64,000 nucleotides of DNA. Origin: Anaerolineae bacterium. Lineage in GTDB: Bacteria > Chloroflexota > Anaerolineae > Aggregatilineales > Phototrophicaceae. Positions 18,570-25,781 of the stretch are shown piece after piece. How positions within the stretch are numbered: position 1 is the first letter of the stretch; the number at the start of each line of letters is the position of its first letter. The notes under the pieces are model-generated. The model saw only the letters and a list, made by a program, of their open reading frames with translations, was not told the DNA's origin and searched no databases. The stretch is taken from positions 29,509-93,508 of the forward strand of contig JAJEBE010000024.1 of the NCBI GenBank assembly GCA_022822545.1, read 5' to 3'. The position numbers and the translations under genes are program-made.

Positions 18570-19447
18570 TGGAAGCCGTCCCCTCGATCGAGCGCCTGAG
18601 CATGCGGCAAGCGCAAAGCCAACGGCAGCAGACGCGGCGCAGCTTCTTCATCATTGCCGCGATGACGCTTTTCGCCTTTGTTTGGCTGGTCCCAATTGTC
18701 TGGACGCTGTCGCTGTCCTTTCGCCCGGAGCACTCGATCACAGCAAATCTCACGCTCCTGCTGCCCCTGCCGTTCACGGCGGAAAATTACGATTTTGTTT
18801 TCTCCAGCAGCCGCATTCCGCGCTGGTTCGTCAACAGCCTGATCGTGGCCAGCCTGCGGACGTTTTTGCAGTTGATGATTTGCTCGCTGGCGGCATACAG
18901 TTTCGCGCGGGTCAAGTTTCCCTTTCGGCAATATATCTTTTACTTTGTGCTGATCGGTTTGATGGTGCCGGGTCAGGCGACATTCATCCCGGTCTATCTG
19001 CTCTTTTCCAATCTCAAGCTGCTGAACAGCTTTCCCGCGCTCATCCTGCCCGGCTTGGCATCGCCTTTTGCCGTCTTCCTGCTCGTGCAGTTTTTCAAAG
19101 GCATACCGATTGAATTGGAGGAAGCGGCGCGGCTCGATGGCGCCAGCCGGATCGGCGTCTATTTCCGCATCTTTCTGCCGTTGTCGACGCCGGTGCTGAC
19201 GGCGCTTGCCATTTTCACCTTCCTCGGCACCTGGAATGAATACCTCTGGCCCCTCGTCGCCGCCACCGATCCCGATATCATGACCATTACTATCGGCTTG
19301 AACAACCTGACAGCGACCACCTACCAAGCCAATTATGGCCAGACGATGGCGGCAGCCTGGACCGCCGGCTTGCCCATCGTCATCTTTTTCTTCATCTTCC
19401 AGAAGCGCATCATTTCTGGCATCCAGATCTCAAGTGGAATAAAGTAG
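18569..19447 (+). CDS. carbohydrate ABC transporter permease (MalG-type)
   Basis: ATG 18569 overlaps the upstream TGA by one nt (TGATG); the ORF track begins at TTG 18566. EAA loop EEAARLDGASRIGVYFRIFLP. Confidence 0.9.
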   Translation: MEAVPSIERLSMRQAQSQRQQTRRSFFIIAAMTLFAFVWLVPIVWTLSLSFRPEHSITANLTLLLPLPFTAENYDFVFSSSRIPRWFVNSLIVASLRTFLQLMICSLAAYSFARVKFPFRQYIFYFVLIGLMVPGQATFIPVYLLFSNLKLLNSFPALILPGLASPFAVFLLVQFFKGIPIELEEAARLDGASRIGVYFRIFLPLSTPVLTALAIFTFLGTWNEYLWPLVAATDPDIMTITIGLNNLTATTYQANYGQTMAAAWTAGLPIVIFFFIFQKRIISGIQISSGIK

Positions 19448-19524
19448 GGATGAGGAGGTGAACATACGTAGGCGATAGATATTCCGAATTGTTTAGGATA
19501 GTTTCAGAAAAGGAGACTGGCGAA

Positions 19525-20841
19525 ATGCGCAAGTTCGCAACTGTAATAACTGTACTTTTGTTGGTCATGTTGCTCGGCGCGCCCACTTTGGCGCAAGACA
19601 GCATGACATTGACCGTGATGCGATTCTTCGGCGATTGCGTCGATACATTTGGCGATGTCACCGATCTTTCCGGCACGACCAGCGAATGCGGCATCATCAC
19701 CACCTTGACCAATATCTGGAATGCGGAGAATCCCGATGTTCAGGTGGAGACGATCGTGGCGGATTGGCCTGGCACGACCCAACTCAACGCCGCCATCGCC
19801 GCGGGCACGCCGCCTGATATCGCCGTGCTGCACGGGCGTCGCATCCCGATTTATGCCTCGCGCGGCGCTTTGACACCGCTAAGCGATGTCATGGAAGCGG
19901 TCGGCATTGATGCCAGCGACTTCACCGAGGGCGCCGCTGATTACGGCATCTACCAAGGCGAATTCTATGGAGTGCCCTTTGATCTTGCGGCGACGATATG
20001 GCATATCAACCTAGACCTCTGGGCGGAAGCCGGTCTGGTCGATGACATGGGCGCGCCCATGCTGCCAACCTCGCCCGAAGACTTTGTCGCGGCCGCCGAG
20101 CAGGTCTATGGGGCGACGGGCAAACCAATCGCGGAAATGGCGGGGCAAGCTGGCACGGTGCGTCCGCTAACCGCCTTCATCTTCCAGTTGGGCGGCGCCC
20201 TTTCGGATGACGCGGGCAACCCGACCGTCAATACGCCGGAAGCTTTGGAAGCGCTGAATTACATCCTTGAGTTGCAATCCTTTGGCGCGATCACGCGTCC
20301 CTATAACGAGATCAACAACGCCATCGCCGTCGAGAACTTCGCCAACGGCGAAAGCGCCGGCTTGATTGATGGCACTTGGCGCATCAACGGTTTCGATCGG
20401 CAGATCGCGGAAGGCGATGTGGCGCTGGAGAATTATTATGTCGCTGACTTCCCGCAGTTGTTTGAATTCCCGGGCACATTCGCCGGCTCGCATAATTGGC
20501 TCGTCCCATTGGGGCAAAATGCTGATCCGGCGCGGGTTCAGGCGGCGGCGGAATTCATCAAATGGCTGAGCGACAACTCGGTCGTTTGGGCGCGCGTGGG
20601 CCATGGCATGACGCGCAGCTCGGTGATCAACAGCGAGGAATTTCAGAACTTGCCGCACCGCTTGGAATACGCTTCGATGTCCTCCAACGTCCGCTCTGTG
20701 CCGCGTGAAGTTTGGGGCAATGCTTTCTGGGCGATCGTGCATGAAGAAGTCGAAGCCGCCATCCTTGGCATCAAGACGCCGGAAGTCGCGCTGGCGGATG
20801 CGCAGGCGCGCTTGGATGACTTCATCCTCTTCCAAAGCTAG
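19525..20841 (+). CDS. ABC transporter solute-binding protein (family 1, carbohydrate type)
   Basis: AGGAG lies upstream of ATG 19525. Signal peptide MRKFATVITVLLLVMLLGAPTLAQD. Typical sugar SBP length. Confidence 0.9.
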   Translation: MRKFATVITVLLLVMLLGAPTLAQDSMTLTVMRFFGDCVDTFGDVTDLSGTTSECGIITTLTNIWNAENPDVQVETIVADWPGTTQLNAAIAAGTPPDIAVLHGRRIPIYASRGALTPLSDVMEAVGIDASDFTEGAADYGIYQGEFYGVPFDLAATIWHINLDLWAEAGLVDDMGAPMLPTSPEDFVAAAEQVYGATGKPIAEMAGQAGTVRPLTAFIFQLGGALSDDAGNPTVNTPEALEALNYILELQSFGAITRPYNEINNAIAVENFANGESAGLIDGTWRINGFDRQIAEGDVALENYYVADFPQLFEFPGTFAGSHNWLVPLGQNADPARVQAAAEFIKWLSDNSVVWARVGHGMTRSSVINSEEFQNLPHRLEYASMSSNVRSVPREVWGNAFWAIVHEEVEAAILGIKTPEVALADAQARLDDFILFQS

Positions 20842-20854
20842 CAATAGATTGTGT

Positions 20855-20879
20855 CTAGGGGCGGCTCTTGCGTCGCCCG
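20855..20879 (+). repeat. GTAG-type REP-like palindrome, copy R5 (CTAG variant)
   Basis: CTAGGGGCGGCTCTTGCGTCGCCCG. Directly repeated with R6, 29 nt apart, in the SBP-sulfatase spacer. Confidence 0.7.
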
Positions 20880-20908
20880 CACTTGAAATCCATCTGAACA
20901 TGTACGTT

Positions 20909-20933
20909 GTAGGGGCGACTCTTGAGTCGCCCG
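20909..20933 (+). repeat. GTAG-type REP-like palindrome, copy R6
   Basis: GTAGGGGCGACTCTTGAGTCGCCCG. Confidence 0.85.
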
Positions 20934-20965
20934 CAACAATACTTCTATCCGGTAAGGGAAAGTAG

Positions 20966-22372
20966 ATGACCCAGCCCAACCTGATCTACATCTTCGCCGA
21001 CCAACTGCGCTATCAATCGCTGGGATACGCCGGCGATGCCAAAGCGCATACGCCGCATATCGACCGGCTCGCTGAGTCGTCGATGAACTTCGTCAATTGC
21101 GTCTCAGGCAGCCCCATGTGCGCGCCCTACCGCGCCTCGCTTTTCACCGGCAAATACTCCAGCAGCACCGGCATGGTCATCAACGAACTGCGCATCAATC
21201 CGAATCAGCGCTGCTTCGGGCATGTGCTGCACGACGGCGGATACGATACTTATTACATCGGCAAATGGCATCTCTGGGCGAATCAACTTGGCAATCACGA
21301 CGATCCGAAAAACTCTTTCACACCGCGCGGACCGCACCGGCTGGGCTTTGACGGCTACTGGGCGGCCTATGGCTTTCACCATACTTATTGGGATCAGTAC
21401 TACCACGAAGAGAGCCCGGAACGCATTGCCATCGCGGGTTATGAGCCCGATGGTCAAACCAGCTTGGCAATCGAAAAGCTCGCTGAAGCCGCCGAAAATG
21501 AAGGACCATTTGCGCTATTTCTGTCACTCGGGACGCCGCACGATCCCTGGGATCCTGGCAATGCGCCGGAGGAATACCTCCAGCTTTTCGCGGAAACCGA
21601 GTTCAGCTTGCCGTCAAATTATAAGCCGGAGGACGACCCGCATGCCGATGCCTGGGCGCGGCTGAGTGCTGAGCAGCGCGGCGAACTGACCGAATGGATG
21701 CGCGTTTATTACGCGATGACCGCCAACCTCGATTGGAATATCGGCCGCTTGCTGGCGGAGTGTGAGAGGCTGGGTCTCTTCGAGAACACGATTTTCGTCT
21801 TTACATCGGATCACGGCGAGATGTTTGGCGGGCAGGGCCGGCGAGCCAAGAATATCTTCTATGATGAAGCTGTGCGCGTCCCTTTTTTAATTCGCTGGGA
21901 TGGCGTCATCGCGCCGGGTTCTGTATCTGATGCCTGCCTTAATAGTCCCGACATCATGCCGACGCTGCTATCCGCGCTGGGTCTGCCCAGATCCCCCGAA
22001 GCGGAAGGATTCGACTTCAGCCCGATCTTATGGGGCAAGGACATTGATGAGCCGAGCGCCGCGTTCATGCAAGGGATGGGCGCGACCGCCATTTTCGAAG
22101 ACGGGCGCGAGTGGCGGGCGCTGCGCAGCAAACAGCACACCTACGCGGTTTTCCTGGCGGATGGCAGCGAATTGCTCTTCGATAATCTCAGCGATCCTTA
22201 TCAGATGCGCAATCTGGCAAGGGAAAGCGAATATGCCGAGTTGCTGCAATCAATGCGCGCTGCGCTGGCTGAACGGCTGCGGGCGCTTAATGACAATTTT
22301 GCGGCCTGCACCTGGTATGAGCGCCATTGGACGCGCGACCGCATCATCCTGCGCAGCGCGACCATGAATTGA
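20966..22372 (+). CDS. sulfatase (S1 family, Cys-type)
   Basis: MTQPNLIYIFADQLR N-terminus, CAPYRASLFTGK motif and TSDHGE motif. Confidence 0.9.
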   Translation: MTQPNLIYIFADQLRYQSLGYAGDAKAHTPHIDRLAESSMNFVNCVSGSPMCAPYRASLFTGKYSSSTGMVINELRINPNQRCFGHVLHDGGYDTYYIGKWHLWANQLGNHDDPKNSFTPRGPHRLGFDGYWAAYGFHHTYWDQYYHEESPERIAIAGYEPDGQTSLAIEKLAEAAENEGPFALFLSLGTPHDPWDPGNAPEEYLQLFAETEFSLPSNYKPEDDPHADAWARLSAEQRGELTEWMRVYYAMTANLDWNIGRLLAECERLGLFENTIFVFTSDHGEMFGGQGRRAKNIFYDEAVRVPFLIRWDGVIAPGSVSDACLNSPDIMPTLLSALGLPRSPEAEGFDFSPILWGKDIDEPSAAFMQGMGATAIFEDGREWRALRSKQHTYAVFLADGSELLFDNLSDPYQMRNLARESEYAELLQSMRAALAERLRALNDNFAACTWYERHWTRDRIILRSATMN

Positions 22373-22394
22373 AGGGCTCGCCTGGTTAAACCTA

Positions 22395-22420
22395 AAGAAC
22401 CAGCCGCCCGGCTGGTTCTT
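22395..22420. terminator. hairpin terminator between sulfatase and tRNA-Arg
   Basis: Perfect 11-bp stem AAGAACCAGCC/GGCTGGTTCTT with a GCCC loop. T-rich on the plus strand and followed by TTTAGG on the minus strand. Confidence 0.6.
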
Positions 22421-22424
22421 TGTA

Positions 22425-22497
22425 CGTGCCTGGAGAGATTCGAACTCCCGACACCTGGTTCCGTAGACCAGTGCTCTATCCACTGAGCTACAGGCAC
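22425..22497 (-). tRNA. tRNA-Arg (anticodon ACG)
   Basis: The reverse complement GTGCCTGTAGCTCAGTGGATAGAGCACTGGTCTACGGAACCAGGTGTCGGGAGTTCGAATCTCTCCAGGCACG folds as a cloverleaf. It has a 7-bp acceptor stem, GCTC/GAGC D stem, CTGGT/ACCAG anticodon stem with loop CTACGGA, and a TTCGAAT T loop. CCA is not encoded. Confidence 0.9.
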
Positions 22498-22642
22498 TGA
22501 ATTGCCCCTCATCCTATTTCGGCAACGGCGAAAAATCAAGTGGCAATCGGGGCGCCGCCGCCTGTGACCGCTGCGGACTTTGCGCGCTCAACCGCGCAAC
22601 CTTATAATTGACAATCATAGTCAGCACGGCAGGGTGTGAGTA

Positions 22643-23788
22643 ATGCGTTTCTCGACCTTTGTATACGTCAGGCGGGACAATGACCGCCGCGGTCGCCTGC
22701 TGCTCGCGGCCCTTTTGCTCTGCCTTGCCCTCAGCGCTTGCAGCCTTGAAGCCCTGCTCGCGCCGACTGCGACGCCAAGACCGACCGACACCCCTATCCC
22801 GCCGACTGCAACATACACCGCTATCCCCACTGATACGGCCACCGCGACCGCCACGCCGACCGTCACCGATACGCCAACCAACACGCCCACCGCCACCGCC
22901 ACGTCGACGCCTTCGGCCACGCCGACCGTATTCGGCATCGTCCGTTCACAGCGCCGCGCCAATGTCCGCCGCGGCCCCGGCACCAACTTCGCTGTCTTTA
23001 ACGCGCTCGTGCCCGGCAGCGGCGTCATGATTATCGGGACCAGCGATGACGAAGGCTGGTACAACGTGCGCCTGGAAGATGACGCCGATGGCTGGATCAG
23101 CGCCAGCTTGATCGAAATCGACGAGCCGCCGGCCGTCGAAAGCGAAGCCATCACCATCAGCGGTGAGACGCGCGTCGTGGTGGAAGTGGCCGCGGGCGAA
23201 GCCGACGCCGCCGAATCGGCCGAGGATGGTCTGCTCGTCTTTAACGTCCAGGTCGCCGATATCGACTCGATGAACCTGACCGCGACCGTAGTGATCGCCG
23301 CGACAACTGCCGCCGCGCCGGCGACCGCCACCACGCAAGCCACCGAAACCACGTCACCCACCGAGACCCCCGCCCTGCCGACCGCGCCGCCTCGTCTAAA
23401 TGTCAATGTCTTCGCTTTCTGTGATGACGCTTCTTTCGGCATCGGCCGCCCGGCAGATCTCACGCCCGGCTCGACGATCAAGATTTTTTGGGCTTGGTTC
23501 GCCAGCACCGACGCCTATCTGCGCGATCACATGACAAACGCCACGCATGATTTGCGCGTGAATGGCGAAGCGATCCCCAATGTCAACCAGTACCGCGGCA
23601 ACCCGCGTGCCAGCGGCTCGCAGCAGGTCGTTTATTGGTACGTGCCCTATGGTCCGCTCGCAGCCGGCGAACACACCATCACTTATCGCGTCACCTGGCG
23701 CAACGCCATCAGCGACGGCTACGCCAACTATGGTCCGGGCGCCGCCATCGAATTCGAAGAAGAAAGTTGCACGTTCGACGTGCGCTGA
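22643..23788 (+). CDS. lipoprotein with Thr/Pro-rich linker, SH3b-like domain and unknown C-terminal domain
   Basis: Lipobox LALSAC followed by a ~60-aa T/P-rich linker. SH3_3-like segment RANVRRGPGTNFAVFNALVPGSGVMIIGTSDDEGWYNVRLEDDADGWISASLIE. Confidence 0.8.
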   Translation: MRFSTFVYVRRDNDRRGRLLLAALLLCLALSACSLEALLAPTATPRPTDTPIPPTATYTAIPTDTATATATPTVTDTPTNTPTATATSTPSATPTVFGIVRSQRRANVRRGPGTNFAVFNALVPGSGVMIIGTSDDEGWYNVRLEDDADGWISASLIEIDEPPAVESEAITISGETRVVVEVAAGEADAAESAEDGLLVFNVQVADIDSMNLTATVVIAATTAAAPATATTQATETTSPTETPALPTAPPRLNVNVFAFCDDASFGIGRPADLTPGSTIKIFWAWFASTDAYLRDHMTNATHDLRVNGEAIPNVNQYRGNPRASGSQQVVYWYVPYGPLAAGEHTITYRVTWRNAISDGYANYGPGAAIEFEEESCTFDVR

Positions 23789-23818
23789 GGCGTCTTGCAT
23801 CCGCCCGAATCTCTTGAA

Positions 23819-24553
23819 ATGTGGCATGTCACCGAGCTGGGCAACGGGGCAGTCCGCCTCCATGATGACGGCTTCCGCCTCAATCTGCCGCCCGGAACCG
23901 CCGCCGCATACCACGACGCGCAAATCAGCGACTATGAAAAACGCGCCGATTTCTCCAATGAACCGCCACTGCGCCTGAGCCTGCATGCCCGCGCCCAAGG
24001 CGAGTTGCGCGGCACCGCCGGTTTTGGCTTCTGGAATCATGCCTTCATGCCCGGGCGGCGCTCCTTCCGCCTGCCGCAAGCGGTCTGGTTCCTCTTCGCC
24101 AGCCCGCCGGGCGAGATCGCGCTGGCGCAAGGCGTCCCGGGCAGCGGCTGGAAGGCGGCAGCGATAAATGCGAAGAGTTGGCGTTTCCTCGCGCTGCTGC
24201 CCCTCGCGCCGATTGGCTTCCTCCTCATGCGCCAGGCGACGCTCTACAAGCGGCTTTGGCCCATAGGCCAGCGCGCCATCGCCGTCGAAGAAGCGCTGCT
24301 CGATGCCAGCTTGCTGAAAGAGTGGCGCCGCTACAGCATTGAATGGCGAGCCGACGGCGCGGTATTCGCCGTCGATGACGAGGTCCTGCTGCGCGCGGGA
24401 AGCGTCGCCCGTAATAAGCTTGGCTTCATCGCCTGGATCGACAATCAGTACGCCATTGTCACGCCACAGGGACGGTTCGGCTGGGGCATGTTAGAAATAC
24501 GGCAGCCGCAATCGCTTCATTTGCGCGATATTCAAATCACTTCACTCGCATAG
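23819..24553 (+). CDS. hypothetical protein (possible beta-sandwich/jelly-roll)
   Basis: ORF 23795..24553 with GC-rich codon usage like its neighbours. No motif recognised. Start at ATG 23819 or TTG 23795. Confidence 0.6.
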   Translation: MWHVTELGNGAVRLHDDGFRLNLPPGTAAAYHDAQISDYEKRADFSNEPPLRLSLHARAQGELRGTAGFGFWNHAFMPGRRSFRLPQAVWFLFASPPGEIALAQGVPGSGWKAAAINAKSWRFLALLPLAPIGFLLMRQATLYKRLWPIGQRAIAVEEALLDASLLKEWRRYSIEWRADGAVFAVDDEVLLRAGSVARNKLGFIAWIDNQYAIVTPQGRFGWGMLEIRQPQSLHLRDIQITSLA

Positions 24554-24658
24554 TTTCTCATGACTCCCAATCGCGTATCTATGCCGGCTCCTCATTGGGC
24601 GCTCAAAGCCCTGATGCTACAATGAAACTGGTGCCGACGATTGGAGTCGAATACCCTG

Positions 24659-25759
24659 ATGCCAGCTTCCCGAACCGACGCGGATTTCAGCGACCTGCTG
24701 GATGCGGTGGCGCGCCGCAAGCAGTTGCTGCTGGAATACCTGATGCAAGAGCGCTTCGCCGAGCGTTTCCGGCCGGCGCACATCCGCGATGCCGTTTACA
24801 GCTATGTCAAAGGCGGCGGCAAGTCGCTGCGCCCGGCGGTGGCGATGCTGGCATGCGGCGCCCTGGGCGGCGATGAGGCGCAGGCGCTGCCGGTCGCCGC
24901 GGCGATCGAAATCTATCATACCTGGACCCTGGTGCATGATGATGTCATCGACCGCGACGATACGCGCCGTGGCCGACCGACCGTACACCGGGAATATGCC
25001 GAGCGCGCCTCGAGAGAGTTCGGCTGGGCCAGCGCCGAAGCCGAGCATTATGGTCGGACGATCGCCATGCTGGCGGGCGATGTGCAGCAATCCTGGTCCT
25101 GGTCGCTGCTGTTTGAGGCTTGTGAACGCGGTGTGCCAGCCGCTGTTGTCATCCAACTGGCGCAGATCCTCGCCAGCCGGGTTACGCCGCTGCTGGTCGA
25201 AGGCGAGACCCTCGATGTCCAGTATTCGGGCGCGGTCCGGCAACTCGACGAGGAGGCCGTCATAGATGTCCTCTGGAAGAAAACCGGCGTGCTCTACGAA
25301 TTTGCCGGGCGCGCTGGCGCGGCCATCGCCTTGCGGGATGCTTCGGTAGATACGCCGGCGGCGCAGGCAATCGCTAATTTCTGCCGCCTCTGCGGCGCCG
25401 CCTTTCAGATTCAGGATGATATCCTGGGGGTCGTCGGCGATGCGCAGCAATTGGGCAAGCCGGTCGGCTCCGATATTCGCGAGGGCAAAACGACCCTGCT
25501 GACGCTCACGGCGTTGGCGCAGGCGAATGCCCGACAGCGTGACGCCTTGCTGCGTACCCTCGGCGATGACAGGGCCAGCGCCGCCGACGTGAGTTCTGTC
25601 ATCGCATTGCTGCGCGATACCGGCGCGGTCGAGTACGCCCAAGCGGTCTCCCGCCAATATGTCAGCGAGGCGCTGACGCATCTCGATGCTCTGCCCGATA
25701 ACCGCTATCGGTCACTGCTGGCGCAATGGGCGCAATACTTGATCCAACGCGAATTCTAG
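24659..25759 (+). CDS. trans-polyprenyl diphosphate synthase (FPP/GGPP synthase family)
   Basis: First Asp-rich motif LVHDDVIDRDDTRRG and second FQIQDDILG. Start at ATG 24659; TTG 24641 is the alternative. Confidence 0.85.
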   Translation: MPASRTDADFSDLLDAVARRKQLLLEYLMQERFAERFRPAHIRDAVYSYVKGGGKSLRPAVAMLACGALGGDEAQALPVAAAIEIYHTWTLVHDDVIDRDDTRRGRPTVHREYAERASREFGWASAEAEHYGRTIAMLAGDVQQSWSWSLLFEACERGVPAAVVIQLAQILASRVTPLLVEGETLDVQYSGAVRQLDEEAVIDVLWKKTGVLYEFAGRAGAAIALRDASVDTPAAQAIANFCRLCGAAFQIQDDILGVVGDAQQLGKPVGSDIREGKTTLLTLTALAQANARQRDALLRTLGDDRASAADVSSVIALLRDTGAVEYAQAVSRQYVSEALTHLDALPDNRYRSLLAQWAQYLIQREF

Positions 25760-25781
25760 CTCGAGCCATGAGAAGCGGCCG

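Noticed and set aside
22395-22497. tRNA-Arg flanking the sulfatase locus as a possible genomic-island integration site.
   Set aside because: There is no integrase or recombinase gene. I could find no direct repeat of the tRNA 3-prime end near the other boundary (about 8.5 kb). The locus composition looks like the rest of the window.
22780-22930. Periodic ACC/CCG/GCC-rich stretch that could be mistaken for a tandem repeat or array.
   Set aside because: It is in frame within the lipoprotein gene and encodes a Thr/Pro/Ala-rich linker. It has no repeat-spacer structure, so it is not a CRISPR array.
24659-25759. Idea that the polyprenyl synthase supplies the lipid carrier for the adjacent PBP/GT2 envelope genes.
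   Set aside because: The DDxxD motifs identify a trans-prenyltransferase (FPP/GGPP type). Cell-wall carrier lipid is made by cis-prenyltransferases (UppS), so the adjacency is probably coincidental.
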